Shown: positions 46,621-57,185, counted from the first letter of the stretch. The stretch is 64,000 nucleotides of DNA from an uncultured Armatimonadetes bacterium (GCA_963717145.1 OY970325.1:3936001-4000000); one strand, 5' to 3'. The notes: a model not told the origin generated them from the letters alone. Translations and numbers: made by a program.

Positions 46621-49600
46621 CTATTCGTGCGGGTAGATCGTCACGTCACTTCCGTTCTGAGGCCGCAGCATCCGTGTGTAGCTCAGATCGACCTTCAGGA
46701 TCGAGCTGATGCCCATGACGACTGCGTAGTCCTGCTCAGTGAACGTCGTGCTCACGCCGGTCCGATCCACTCTGATGCCGACGAAGCCCGAACCGTCCAG
46801 AAGGGATACGCCGTCATCGATGTATGCGAATCCCGACTCCGCGTGAGTGATCTTGCCGGCGATTATCACCAGCATTCCGATGTTGTTGGCGTCAATGCCG
46901 CCATCGACTCCCCGAGTCAGACCGTTGAGCGCTGCTCCGCCGAGTGCGCTCGTCTTGAGCACCGGGATGAACGGCATGGTGGTCGTGCTTCCCGGCCTCA
47001 GTGTGGCATCAGCGATATACCGTTCGCCGTTGGTGTCGGTGCGGATCTTCCCCGCGACCTCAGCCGAGGTACCGCGAACCGGACCGGCTGTGTCCACACG
47101 GATGCCCGACGAGCCGTCGGACTCTTCGATGTAGACCGACGTCCCGAAGTTGGCGGTCACGACCTTGCCCACCAGGCTGACGAGTTGCTCATTGTCGAGC
47201 GTCTTGGCAAGGGAGATCGTGCCGCTCGCGGCCACGACGGTGATGCCATCGGAGTTGCCAGCGTCACCCCACAGGCCGACGTTGTTCTTCGCCATGACCG
47301 AGAAGTAATACGTCGAACCGGCGGAGAGAGTCAGGCCGGTCTTGGTGACGGACGCGTTCGATGTAGTCGTCCAGTCCCAGATGTCGTTGCCGCCGGACGT
47401 TGTGCCGATCGCGTACTTGTACTCCGCGATGCCGGATTCGATATCGGCCGCAGTCCAGGAGGCCGCGAGTTCGGTGGTGGATGGGGTGTAGATGCCCTCA
47501 TCGGTAACCGTCGGCGCTCCCGGCGGAGTGACGTCGTAGTTGTAAGGGCCGAGGTCCAGCGAGCCATTTGCCACGTCCTCAGCGTTGTAGCCCCGAACGT
47601 GCAGATACCATCCGCCGGTACCTGCGCAACTGTGTGTGATTGTGTCTGCAGACCACACGGACTCCGTGCCGGTCCAGGTATGAGTGGGAGACTGGTCCCA
47701 CGCAGTTCGATAGTACTGGATCGTGCCGGCGCCGAACCCGCCGACAGCGGTGAACTCGACGTCCGGATCGGCGGACCAGCTATTCGCGGCCCGGCTTCCG
47801 GTTACATTTCCCGTAGTCGGAAGTGCGGATAGAGTATACTTGCTCACAGTGCCGCTGTACGGACTATCGAGCGACCCGTTCCAGGCAAGGACTTTGCGCG
47901 TATACTGCGTGTTTGGTGTCAGAGCACCTTCTGCCCAGGAAGTTGCGGATCTGTTCTTCCAGCCCGAGGTGGGATACTGCGGGGACTTGATCGTGCCCGA
48001 ACCGTCAGCAACATTGAAGCCAAACACGTTGTTATCGGCTCGCGACCAGTTCCACGTGATCTGGCTGGCAGAGTTCGCAGTCGCGGCCCCGATGGTCGGG
48101 GCGCCGGGGGCCGTGGCCTCCAGCTTGACGTCGTCCCACCTGCGACCGGCGGTCGTGCAGGTCAAGTTCATTCCGATGACAACGCGGCCGGCGCCGTAGG
48201 TGAAGAAGTCAGTGGTCAGGCTAGCCGTCTTCGAGACCGTCCCGCCGCCGTCCGTCGCTTTGTAGGTGACGGTTCCGACCGGCGAAGCGCCCGGGTTGCC
48301 GGGAGTCACCGTGGTTTCATAGGCAATCCACGCGGGACTGCAGTTCGTGGCAGGCCACCGATTGCCGATCGCCGACCAGGCGATAGCACCGCCACCCACA
48401 GTGCGGTAGTTATAGGAAGCGTAACTGGGGGCGGAGTACATGCCATGCTCGAGTATCATGCTTATGCTGCCGTCGAGCGGACGCAAGGCAATCGTCTCGC
48501 GCTGTGATACGCCACATACGCCCGACTTATAGCCGTTCTTCAGATCATAGTAGTAGGCCGAAAGCCTGCATTCCGCGAAGGGCCTGGCGGCCGTAGCGCG
48601 CCACATCTTGCTGACCGCGGTAGTGGATATGTACGCAGAACCTGCGCCGGGAAGGGTTCCCTTATTCTGCGCCGTGTCATAGACGTACCCGGCATCCACC
48701 GTCCAGTTGGCAACGCTGCCGTCGAAACCATCCGCCCAGATCGTCGTATACGCCGCTGCCGTCGTCACAACGGCCGCGGCGCTCCTCGCCGACTCGTTCG
48801 GAATCGCGTCATGCGCAGTGACCTCATACGAGTACGTCGTGGACGACGAGCAGGTGTTGTCGGTGTAACTGGTAGCAGCGGTCGATCCGATATTGACGTT
48901 GTCTCGATAGATCGTGTAGCCGGTCACGCCGTAATAGTCCGTCGAGGCATCCCAGGCGAGCGCAACGGTGTTGAAAGTGACCGCGGTGCTGTGTAGGTTC
49001 CCCGGCACGGTCGGCGCGACCGAGTCGGCAGCCTGTGAAGTCAGGATCGCGGGCACGCTTCTGGCGGACTCGTTCGGCACTATGTCACAGGCAGTGACTT
49101 CGTAAGTGTACGTCGTGCCCGCAGAGCAGGTACTGTCGGTGTAGCTGGTCGTAACGCTCGATCCGATATTGACGTTGTCGCGATAGATGTTGTAGCTCAC
49201 GACGCCGACATTGTCGGTCGAGGCGGTCCATGTCAGGTTCATGCGGTACGAGTAATCCGAGGTACCGGCCAGATCCGTCGGCGCGGTTGGCGCTTCATAG
49301 TCCGGAGTTCCGGTAACCTCGATGTCCTGTGTGACCGTCGCGCCGAACCACGAGAATCCGTCACGGACCATCCGCCAGTCGGTGGTGAATGTCCCGACGG
49401 CGTTGGGCGCCTTCAGATTGAAGGTGTAGGTGTAGGTTGCGTTCGGGTTCACCTCACCTGAGATGGCCTGGCGGGTGGTCGTGGTGAAGGGATCGGTGTC
49501 ATCGACAGCGCCCAGATGGAACCCCTTGGCGTCGTTCCAGAGCACGCCTCGGTTCCTCATCGTGACATGCACTGTCCGGATCTCGCCGACTCCCATGGCA

Positions 49601-50913
49601 GCCGGGACATCATGGCTGACGATTTCGTCCGAGTAGAAGTCCCATGTCGGGGTTGTGCCGAAGTAGTCGCAAACACCCTTGTAGACTCCCCACATAGTTG
49701 CGGAGCGGAAGAAGTTGTCCCGGAGCTTGAGGGCGTCCGTGTCGCATGAGTCGTGGAACGCCAGCTCGATCAAAACGGCCGCGCGGTCCGGGATCCGGAT
49801 CTCGCCGTAAGCTCCACCTGAGTCGAAGACGCCTCGGTCTGACCACCCGGCATCGACGTAGTTGGTTCGGACGGCGTCGACGATACCGGCCTGCACGGCG
49901 TCGCCAAGAGTGTGGCTTACAGCACCCCAGGCGGCGTGCTCCGTGCTGGCATCGTAGTACGTGGCTGTGCCGGTCGGGCAGCTTCCCGTGCAGTCGCCGG
50001 TGTAGCCATTAGTGTGAAGGGAAATATAGATGTCAGAGGCGTCGTAGTCGGATGACAGCGGCCTCGACTGGATCTCGTTGGTGTCGTCACTGCCGCCCGA
50101 TCCGATCGGCGGCGAGGGAGCGTATACGGCTTCGGGATAGCCGATGTTCTGCAGCCAGTAGCACGCGCCCATGCGCCACCACTGTTCGCCGCTGGCCCAC
50201 GGGGACGCGCCCTGGCTCTTGTTCGTGCAGCGCATCGTGTGGACGGTGCAACTGTCCTGCAACAGATAGGCTTCCAGGTACTGGGCATTCTCCAGGTTGT
50301 GGTAATCCTCCTGGTTGAGAGGCGAGCAGTAGACCGGTCTGGCCGTGTTCCAGCTCGTGCCGTTCCAGCGCTTGCCGTGGCCCGGGGAGAGCGTGACCGT
50401 CCTGCCCGAGAGGCTGCTAATGCCGACGACGCGGTCCTTGGCCGCCGCGAGTGCCTGTGCGCTCGGGGCTACGGACGGAGGCGACTGCACAGACTGGGAG
50501 AGCATGCTCCCATCGGCCAGCACTCGCACATCGCCGGTGACCCCGAACTGCCACAGGGTGTCGCGGACCTGTTCGAAGACCTGCTCCAGCCGGGCCTCAT
50601 CGAGTCCCGCGCCGATGACCTGCTTCGACAGGTTGACGACCGTGGTGTCGCCGTCCTGGTGCACTCCGATCACCTTGGTACCCGGGAGCACCGCGGAGAA
50701 GAGCTTCTTCCCGGCGTCAGCCTCGGACGGTGGAGTGGCAAGCAGAGTGAGCGCCGACATGGGGTCATATGCCTGCGGGTGCATATAGCCCGTCGGTGCG
50801 CCCAGTTCGTCGAAGTAGACGACAAGCGCAGCGGATTGCGCCGGGCCAATGAGTGAGAATACCGAGATCATGGCGACAAAGGCCACGATCAGCCAGGAAA
50901 TTCGGCTGTTCAT
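46621..50913 (-). CDS. Secreted 1430-aa protein: GerMN-like domain, N-acetylmuramoyl-L-alanine amidase (Amidase_3), NBR1-Ig-like, FN3 repeats and the shared C-terminal domain
   Basis: LLATPPSEAD...SAVLPGTKV...VVNLS (GerMN); LSPGHG, ISLHTN, AVLIELAFHD (amidase); WTASTDNVGVVSYNIYRD (FN3); C-terminal NNIGMLVIIAGKIT...YIDDG...GIRV...VMGISS. Confidence 0.82.
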   Translation of the reverse strand: MNSRISWLIVAFVAMISVFSLIGPAQSAALVVYFDELGAPTGYMHPQAYDPMSALTLLATPPSEADAGKKLFSAVLPGTKVIGVHQDGDTTVVNLSKQVIGAGLDEARLEQVFEQVRDTLWQFGVTGDVRVLADGSMLSQSVQSPPSVAPSAQALAAAKDRVVGISSLSGRTVTLSPGHGKRWNGTSWNTARPVYCSPLNQEDYHNLENAQYLEAYLLQDSCTVHTMRCTNKSQGASPWASGEQWWRMGACYWLQNIGYPEAVYAPSPPIGSGGSDDTNEIQSRPLSSDYDASDIYISLHTNGYTGDCTGSCPTGTATYYDASTEHAAWGAVSHTLGDAVQAGIVDAVRTNYVDAGWSDRGVFDSGGAYGEIRIPDRAAVLIELAFHDSCDTDALKLRDNFFRSATMWGVYKGVCDYFGTTPTWDFYSDEIVSHDVPAAMGVGEIRTVHVTMRNRGVLWNDAKGFHLGAVDDTDPFTTTTRQAISGEVNPNATYTYTFNLKAPNAVGTFTTDWRMVRDGFSWFGATVTQDIEVTGTPDYEAPTAPTDLAGTSDYSYRMNLTWTASTDNVGVVSYNIYRDNVNIGSSVTTSYTDSTCSAGTTYTYEVTACDIVPNESARSVPAILTSQAADSVAPTVPGNLHSTAVTFNTVALAWDASTDYYGVTGYTIYRDNVNIGSTAATSYTDNTCSSSTTYSYEVTAHDAIPNESARSAAAVVTTAAAYTTIWADGFDGSVANWTVDAGYVYDTAQNKGTLPGAGSAYISTTAVSKMWRATAARPFAECRLSAYYYDLKNGYKSGVCGVSQRETIALRPLDGSISMILEHGMYSAPSYASYNYRTVGGGAIAWSAIGNRWPATNCSPAWIAYETTVTPGNPGASPVGTVTYKATDGGGTVSKTASLTTDFFTYGAGRVVIGMNLTCTTAGRRWDDVKLEATAPGAPTIGAATANSASQITWNWSRADNNVFGFNVADGSGTIKSPQYPTSGWKNRSATSWAEGALTPNTQYTRKVLAWNGSLDSPYSGTVSKYTLSALPTTGNVTGSRAANSWSADPDVEFTAVGGFGAGTIQYYRTAWDQSPTHTWTGTESVWSADTITHSCAGTGGWYLHVRGYNAEDVANGSLDLGPYNYDVTPPGAPTVTDEGIYTPSTTELAASWTAADIESGIAEYKYAIGTTSGGNDIWDWTTTSNASVTKTGLTLSAGSTYYFSVMAKNNVGLWGDAGNSDGITVVAASGTISLAKTLDNEQLVSLVGKVVTANFGTSVYIEESDGSSGIRVDTAGPVRGTSAEVAGKIRTDTNGERYIADATLRPGSTTTMPFIPVLKTSALGGAALNGLTRGVDGGIDANNIGMLVIIAGKITHAESGFAYIDDGVSLLDGSGFVGIRVDRTGVSTTFTEQDYAVVMGISSILKVDLSYTRMLRPQNGSDVTIYPHE

Positions 50914-51242
50914 TCCATACGCCTCCCTTAGATTCGGACAGATGCAAATCCCTGATCGAGCGATTCGTGGTTTGCTGACAAGGCTTGGCAGACTGAACGC
51001 ACGCCGTTCGCAGGGTAATACGGGGTACAGGCCTGATAAGGCATCCTACCGCCAGTATAAGTGCGAGTCTGCCGACTGTCAAGGATGTTTGGACAAAACT
51101 GGTATTATTACCAGTTCCCCGAAGCCCTTACCGGCCAATGTGTGTTGTTCCATATCCGAGCGCCATTCTCCAGTACTATTGCGGGGACTTTTCGCGGGAG
51201 GGCATCTTGGCGCGAGCGGCGAATACACAAGGGAAGAGGCAT

Positions 51243-51308
51243 GTAGTGGCCGCGCCTCCGTGCCGGCCATCCGGCACTATCAGGCCGGCGCGGAAGCGCG
51301 GCCACTAC
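51243..51308. repeat. GTAG-type REP/REPIN-like palindrome, copy 3
   Basis: GTAGTGGCCGCGCCTCCGTGCCGGCC...GGCCGGCGCGGAAGCGCGGCCACTAC. Confidence 0.85.
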
Positions 51309-51341
51309 ATGTCGTTGGCGCAAGACGGAGAGCCCTTACTC

Positions 51342-53321
51342 ATGCTGAAGAAGTACCTGCGTTTCATCCTGCCCCTCCTCACAATCCTCCTGTCATCAAT
51401 GGCCTGTGGTCAGGGGCCGACACTCCCGGCGGTCATGGTCTCCGAGCCGCCAAAGCTCGACGGCGAACTCTCAGACTCGTGCTGGAAGCAGGCGACTTCC
51501 GTCAATGACTTCGTTACGACAACTGACGGGGCGGAGGCCGAAGAGCCGACTACCGCATGGCTCTGTTGCGACAAAGCAAACATCTACGTAGCCTTCTACT
51601 GCAAGGATTCCCAACCGGCGCAGATCGTCGCGCAACAGAAGAAGCGCGGCGGCGACGTCAATTCGGATGATTGGGTGGCGTTCACGCTCGACTGCTACCG
51701 GAATTATGTGGCATGCGTCTGGTTCAAGGTCACCCCGCGCGGTGCACAGGTAGAATACCTGCCGAACCGCGGGGAGGTCAGCAATATCGAGTGGCGCGGC
51801 GACTGGCGATCTGCGGCGAAGATCGTCGATGACGGTTACATCGTGGAGATGGCCGTGCCGTTTTCGATCCTCAATTATGATGCGAGTCGGACGAGCATGG
51901 GCATCTCCCTCAACCGCAGGCACGCGCGGACGAGGCTCCAGTGGCGCTCGCCCGATTGCAGCCCGGACCTCGATCCACGCAAGTTCTACGTCTGGGACGG
52001 CCTCCAGCTCCCCAAGACGAAGTCGCGGCCAATGATGATGGCCTACTCACTTCTCGGCACGGGCGAGAGCAACTCCCCGAGGAGAGCCGGACTCGATATC
52101 AAGCACTCGCTGTCCCCCACGATGACCGGAGTCTTGTCGGTGAACCCGGATTTCCGCAACGTCGAGCAGCAGGTCCAAAGCGTCGATTTCACTTATACGG
52201 AACGATACCTCTCCGACAGCCGGCCGTTCTTCCAGGAAGGCGCGGACTACTTCCCCGATTCGCAGATCTTCTATTCCCGGCGGATCGACGAGATCGACGC
52301 CGGCGCGAAGGTGTCCGGCATGATGGGGAACTACGGTATCGGGTTCCTGCACGCCCGGAACTTCGGCACTGACGACAACACCGCCTTGCAGATCCTGCAC
52401 CGGTGGCCGGCGCGCGGGTATCTGGGTGTTTCGGGCGTTCGAAGCATGGTGTCGGGCGGCGAACGCCTTTCCGGCGCGCTTTTTGGACAGTACAGACTCT
52501 ACGATCGGAATGACAGGCGCGTCGAACTCGGCACGGACTACTTCTCCGCCAACACGGCCTCCGGACCCGGACACGGCGGTTACTTCCACACTTCGCTCTC
52601 GTCATCCGGGCCGCCTCGAACGCTGGAATGGGGCATAGGGCACAGTGTCATCGATTCGGACTTCGAGCCGTACCTTGGATTCGTGCCGGAGAAGGGGATC
52701 AAGACATGGAACGTCTACACCGGCCTGGGAGACGATCCGTCGTCCGGCAAGGTCCATGACTGGGGGATCGACCTCTCGGCCTACAAGGCCGACCACCAGG
52801 ACGGATCGCTCTACTACGAGGGGATATCTTTCGGCGCGGACCTCGAATGGGTGAACGGCACGGGCATCGATATCTGGACTGGCATCACGCACCGGCCGCC
52901 GTATCGCGACCAGACGATCGGCATGGGTATTGGCTGGAACAGAAACGACTTGTACAAGAGCGGATACCTGGACGTCAGTCTCGGCAGGCTTGCAGGTGGA
53001 AGCTACCTTTCCTATGAGATCGGGCAGGGCTGGAACATCGGCGACAAACTGAGCCTGCAGATGAACTACGAGCACAGCAGGATCAAGGAGCCGAGCCCGA
53101 ATGCGTATTCCGCGAGCCAGCTCATCGCCGGAATCTCTTATGACCTGAACGACGAGCGCACCATCGGTGGCCGCCTGGTCAGCGAGGAGGGCAACACGAA
53201 TCTCTTCCTCACGTTCAGGCAGCGGGTCAGGTCCGGCACGGATGTCTGGCTGATCTTCGGCGACCCGAACGCGGAGACGACGAGAAGCTCGATCCTGCTC
53301 AAGCTGATCCGACCGCTCTGA
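51342..53321 (+). CDS. CBM9-like/DUF5916 outer-membrane protein
   Basis: PPKLDGELSDSCW, GYIVEMAVPFS, VNPDFRNVE, DSRPFFQEG...FYSRRI; beta-strand-rich C-terminus. Confidence 0.78.
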   Translation: MLKKYLRFILPLLTILLSSMACGQGPTLPAVMVSEPPKLDGELSDSCWKQATSVNDFVTTTDGAEAEEPTTAWLCCDKANIYVAFYCKDSQPAQIVAQQKKRGGDVNSDDWVAFTLDCYRNYVACVWFKVTPRGAQVEYLPNRGEVSNIEWRGDWRSAAKIVDDGYIVEMAVPFSILNYDASRTSMGISLNRRHARTRLQWRSPDCSPDLDPRKFYVWDGLQLPKTKSRPMMMAYSLLGTGESNSPRRAGLDIKHSLSPTMTGVLSVNPDFRNVEQQVQSVDFTYTERYLSDSRPFFQEGADYFPDSQIFYSRRIDEIDAGAKVSGMMGNYGIGFLHARNFGTDDNTALQILHRWPARGYLGVSGVRSMVSGGERLSGALFGQYRLYDRNDRRVELGTDYFSANTASGPGHGGYFHTSLSSSGPPRTLEWGIGHSVIDSDFEPYLGFVPEKGIKTWNVYTGLGDDPSSGKVHDWGIDLSAYKADHQDGSLYYEGISFGADLEWVNGTGIDIWTGITHRPPYRDQTIGMGIGWNRNDLYKSGYLDVSLGRLAGGSYLSYEIGQGWNIGDKLSLQMNYEHSRIKEPSPNAYSASQLIAGISYDLNDERTIGGRLVSEEGNTNLFLTFRQRVRSGTDVWLIFGDPNAETTRSSILLKLIRPL

Positions 53322-53487
53322 GGGAAAATTCGAAATCCGAAATTCGAGATTCGAAACAAGCACGAAGCTCGAATTCGAAATGCGAAGCAGTCTCGAAGCA
53401 CGCAGCAGCAGATCCGCCCGTTTCGGACTTGGGATTTCGAATTTGCCGTTTTGTTTCGAATTTCGAGTTTCGAGTTTCGAATTTGCC
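53322..53487. repeat. Heptamer-periodic CGAAATT inverted-repeat spacer, copy 2
   Basis: GGGAAAATTCGAAATCCGAAATTCGAGATTCGAAAC...GTTTCGAATTTCGAGTTTCGAGTTTCGAATTT, from the stop codon to the next SD. Confidence 0.85.
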
Positions 53488-53499
53488 TTGGAGTATGAC

Positions 53500-54021
53500 A
53501 TGGCACAAGCTCAACTGCACATGGTCAGGCGGGGATTCGACGACCTGCCGGAGATCGAGGTCCCGGAGGGATGCGGCCTGCGGACCTACATCTCCGGCGA
53601 TGAGGCCGCCTGGGCGGAGATCATGAACACGGGCGTCGGCGAGTGGACCGTCGAGCGGGTACGTGAGAACCTCACGGAGATGCCGCAGTTCGTCGCGGAC
53701 GGGCTCTTCTTCGCCACATGCGAGGGTCAAGCTGTCGGGTCGGCGTGCGCGTGGCGGCACGATGCTCAGGAGTGGAACACGGGCGAGTTGCACATGGTCT
53801 GCGTGCTCCCGGAGCACCGGGGGAAGCGGCTCGGGCATCTGTTGACGCTCGCGGTGCTCCACTGGTTCGCGGACCACGGCTTCGAGGAGGTCCGGCTCTC
53901 GACCGACGACCACCGCATCCCCGCGATCAAGTCGTACCTCCGACTCGGCTTCGAGCCCATCATCCCCGACGACGTGTTCCAGGCGCGTTGGGATGCGGTC
54001 TTCGAGGCGATCAAGGGCTGA
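53500..54021 (+). CDS. GNAT-family N-acetyltransferase
   Basis: VCVLPEHRGKRLG acetyl-CoA motif; AIKSYLRLGF. Confidence 0.88.
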   Translation: MAQAQLHMVRRGFDDLPEIEVPEGCGLRTYISGDEAAWAEIMNTGVGEWTVERVRENLTEMPQFVADGLFFATCEGQAVGSACAWRHDAQEWNTGELHMVCVLPEHRGKRLGHLLTLAVLHWFADHGFEEVRLSTDDHRIPAIKSYLRLGFEPIIPDDVFQARWDAVFEAIKG

Positions 54022-54096
54022 GCCAACAGGGATATACAGGATATTCAGGATGGGAGGGCCGGTGATCGCCCCTTCCTTTCACGTGTGATCCGCCGT

Positions 54097-55194
54097 CTAG
54101 CCCCGCCGCCGCCTCAGCCACGGGAGCCCGACCGCAACCAATCCACTTCCCAGCGCCAGCATCCCCGCCGGCTCGGGAACGACATTGTGCCAGAGGATGG
54201 CTACCCCGTGGCCAACGGTCGGATCGACAGCGCAGCCTGCGACCCAGACATCGCTGCCCGTCACCTCTATAGCTCGTGCCTGGGAGTACGTGAAGCGTGT
54301 ATCCAGGAAGCTGTGGAGGTCCACCCAGCTTCCTGACGTCCCGCTCCACATTCCTGCTCGTTGGCCGGTCCCGACGCCAGTGCATCCCACCTGGAATCCG
54401 TTCGAGACGTCCCAAGCCAAAGATGTCGTACTGCCTGAGGGATTGAGGTCTATGAAGCTCTCCGCACTTCCGCTCCACAGGCCGGCGTGGCCATTGCCGC
54501 CGATGTATGCGAAACCTGCCTGCTGCCCGTCGGCTATTCCGTAGGCTGCGGATCTCGTGCAGCCAGCCGGGTTGAGGTCAAGGAAGCTCTGCGCCGTTCC
54601 GCTCCACAGCGCGGCATGGAGGCTGCTGCCGAAGGTCGCGTGTCCGACCTGCTGTCCGCGAGAAGCATCCCAGGCGCTAGACGCATAGGCCCCGGAGGGG
54701 TGCAGGTCGACCATACTCGCTGCCGTTCCGCTCCATAGGGCGGCGTGAGCTACACCGCCGGCAGACGCCATGACATGTCCAACTTGCTGACCGTTGGACA
54801 CACCACGGGCGTGAGAGCTATTCGTTCCAGCGGGATGCAGGTCGACAAAGCTCTCAGCCGTTCCAGTCCACATGGCGGCGTGATCCCGGAAACCAACATA
54901 GGTGTATCCCACCTGCTGGCCATTGGAGACGCCTTCGATCCCGGAGGACGTACAGCCCGGAGGATTGAGGTCCACGACGCTTTCAGCCGTACCGGTCCAG
55001 ATTGCGGCGTGGTAGTTCTGGTAGTTCATATCCAGACTACCCCCTTGCTGACCGCCAGATATGCTATCGGCGAAAGAGCCAAGTGCGCCGGCGGGATTGA
55101 GGCTGACCACTTCCCATCCGGCGAACGTGGAGACGGCGCTTGATATGAAGACAAGAAGTAGTGCGGTGAAACCGAACAAACCCTTTGAGTTCAT
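54097..55194 (-). CDS. PEP-CTERM protein with six ~43-aa repeats
   Basis: Repeats GQQVG...HAALWSGTAESFVDLHP; C-terminal VPEPAGMLALGSGL...RRRRG. Confidence 0.88.
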   Translation of the reverse strand: MNSKGLFGFTALLLVFISSAVSTFAGWEVVSLNPAGALGSFADSISGGQQGGSLDMNYQNYHAAIWTGTAESVVDLNPPGCTSSGIEGVSNGQQVGYTYVGFRDHAAMWTGTAESFVDLHPAGTNSSHARGVSNGQQVGHVMASAGGVAHAALWSGTAASMVDLHPSGAYASSAWDASRGQQVGHATFGSSLHAALWSGTAQSFLDLNPAGCTRSAAYGIADGQQAGFAYIGGNGHAGLWSGSAESFIDLNPSGSTTSLAWDVSNGFQVGCTGVGTGQRAGMWSGTSGSWVDLHSFLDTRFTYSQARAIEVTGSDVWVAGCAVDPTVGHGVAILWHNVVPEPAGMLALGSGLVAVGLPWLRRRRG

Positions 55195-55253
55195 CCTGAA
55201 CCTCCTTTGTCCAGTCTTGCCAACGGGGGATCGGCCCGCAACCTAACTGCATA

Positions 55254-55269
55254 TGCAAGAATCGTGCCA
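55254..55269 (-). promoter_or_regulatory. Sigma54 (-24/-12) promoter
   Basis: TGGCAC-GATTC-TTGCA consensus, ~60 nt upstream of a PEP-CTERM gene. Confidence 0.8.
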
Positions 55270-55310
55270 AAGTGGGCCGCGAGCCGGTAATGTCACCAGG
55301 AATGTGCAAA

Positions 55311-55337
55311 CGGGAGGGCCGATGATCGGCCCTCCCG
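55311..55337. terminator. Hairpin downstream of a PEP-CTERM gene (similar hairpin at 54051-54076)
   Basis: CGGGAGGGCCGAT-G-ATCGGCCCTCCCG, followed by TTTG on the minus strand. Confidence 0.65.
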
Positions 55338-55367
55338 TTCTTCGCGAATCACCTCATGCGGGGACAA

Positions 55368-55982
55368 CTACCTGCGGCGGCGGAGGCCGAGGAGAAGGCC
55401 GATCGCGCCGGTTCCGAGGACCGCGAGCGATCCGGGCTCGGGCACCGGCACGCACACGGTGTCGATCACCATCTCGTCCACGTAGATCTCGCCCGTGATC
55501 AGGATGCTTTCGACGGTGGGATTCGGCTGCATAGTGATCGCAAACGTCGAGTGTATCCAACCAGTCAGGTTGTCCTCATGTACGAGTTGACCCGATGTGG
55601 CAGTGGTTGTCTCGATCACGAATGGCCTGCACCCGATGCCCTGAGGCGTCCACGTGATGCTTACCCAGACGATCTTCGACGGATTCGGGACGGGGGTGTT
55701 CGGGATGGTCGTTTCGATGTATCCCGAAAGCGGCCACACTCCGATCCTTCCGTTGAGCGCCGGGATCCAACTCATTCCGTTGTTGGGAACGACCGTTGTC
55801 GACGGCATGCCGTACGGATTGTTCAGCAAGGTCGGCAGTGGAGCGGGATCTGGGTCGTTGAACTCCCACTGCTGGAATGTGGTTCCGGGTGATCCCCGCC
55901 AGGGCGCGGGGTTGAAGTCGTCCGCATATGCGAACTGGCAGACGAGGCACAGCAGTGCTGTGACTAACAACAACTTCTTCAC
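55368..55982 (-). CDS. PEP-CTERM protein
   Basis: GTG start after SD AAGGAG; signal peptide; VPEPGSLAVLGTGAIGLLLGLRRRR. Confidence 0.88.
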   Translation of the reverse strand: MKKLLLVTALLCLVCQFAYADDFNPAPWRGSPGTTFQQWEFNDPDPAPLPTLLNNPYGMPSTTVVPNNGMSWIPALNGRIGVWPLSGYIETTIPNTPVPNPSKIVWVSITWTPQGIGCRPFVIETTTATSGQLVHEDNLTGWIHSTFAITMQPNPTVESILITGEIYVDEMVIDTVCVPVPEPGSLAVLGTGAIGLLLGLRRRR

Positions 55983-56238
55983 GATTTGGTTCTCCTTTTG
56001 TGCCGACTCGTAGATCGGCGAATTGGTGATTACAGTCGCAGTCAAAGCGGAGTGCCGCTCGGACTGCGTGAGCATACACCTGTTGGATTAACTGTGATCA
56101 GACAGACGGTGGATGAGTTGAGGAGTGCCCTATCCTGGGGCTTGAGGCGTCCGGCTCGTTGACCTGGACAACCGCCCACCAGCTATATAGACAAGCGATA
56201 TGTCGATATGTCAACCATCGAGTTGGAAAACCGCAAAT

Positions 56239-56367
56239 GTAAGAGTTCACGATCGTTGATAGTTGCTTCGCGCGGATGTCATTCTGAACGCAGTGAAGAA
56301 TCCGTTTGCGCACGGCCAGATTCTTCACTGCGTTCAGAATGACATCCGCTATCCTTGATCCTGAGCT
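56239..56367. mobile_element. MITE-like palindromic element, copy 2
   Basis: GTAAGAGTTCACGATCGTTGATA...GCGGATGTCATTCTGAACGCAGTGAAGAATC...GATTCTTCACTGCGTTCAGAATGACATCCGCTATCC; right terminal IR degenerate. Confidence 0.7.
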
Positions 56368-56426
56368 GTTTCTCGCAAATCGCGTGCTGGACTCAGCGCC
56401 TCGGTCTAAGGTAGAATCGAGGCGAT

Positions 56427-57185
56427 ATGAGGGATGAATCTACCAGACCGAAGGCCGTGGTGCTGCTGTCGGGCGGACTCGACAGCGCGACTGCGGCGGC
56501 GATCGCCAAGGCGGAGGGCTACGAGCTGTACGCCGTCTCGTTCTCCTATGGCCAGCGCCATTCGAAGGAGATCGAGTGCGCCAGGAAGGTCGGCGAGCGG
56601 CTCGGGGTCGCGGGCCACGTCGTAGTCGAGTTCGATCTCCGGCTCTGGGGCGGGAGCGCCTTGACCGATGACCTCGACGTGCCTCTCGATCATCTTGAAC
56701 CGCCAAGACGCCAAGGGCGCCAGGAGGACCAGGAACCGCCAAGACGCCAAGAGCGCCAAGGGGGACAGGAGACCGATATCCCGGTGACCTATGTGCCGGC
56801 GCGGAACACGATATTCCTCTCGTTCGCGCTCGGTTACGCGGAGGTCGTCGGTGCGGATACCATCGTGATCGGCGTGAACCAGCTCGACTACAGCGGCTAT
56901 CCCGACTGTCGGAGTGAGTACCTGCAAGCGTTCGAGCGGATGGCGAACCTGGCGACCAGGGCCGGAACCGCCGACGGACGGCACACACGGATCTACGCGC
57001 CGCTACTCGATATGACGAAGGCGCAGATCATCCGGCGTGGGTTCGAGCTGGGGGTCGATTACTCGCTGACGTGGAGCTGCTACCTGGGCCTCGATGAGCC
57101 CTGCGGGCGGTGCGATTCGTGCATCCTCCGAGCCGAGGGCTTCCGGGCGGCAGAGGCCGTGGATCCGGCAAACAGTAAACAGTGA
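56427..57185 (+). CDS. queC: 7-cyano-7-deazaguanine synthase
   Basis: [35 protein letters not shown]...PCGRCDSC; contains an in-frame repeat insert at 56697-56768. Confidence 0.95.
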   Translation: MRDESTRPKAVVLLSGGLDSATAAAIAKAEGYELYAVSFSYGQRHSKEIECARKVGERLGVAGHVVVEFDLRLWGGSALTDDLDVPLDHLEPPRRQGRQEDQEPPRRQERQGGQETDIPVTYVPARNTIFLSFALGYAEVVGADTIVIGVNQLDYSGYPDCRSEYLQAFERMANLATRAGTADGRHTRIYAPLLDMTKAQIIRRGFELGVDYSLTWSCYLGLDEPCGRCDSCILRAEGFRAAEAVDPANSKQ

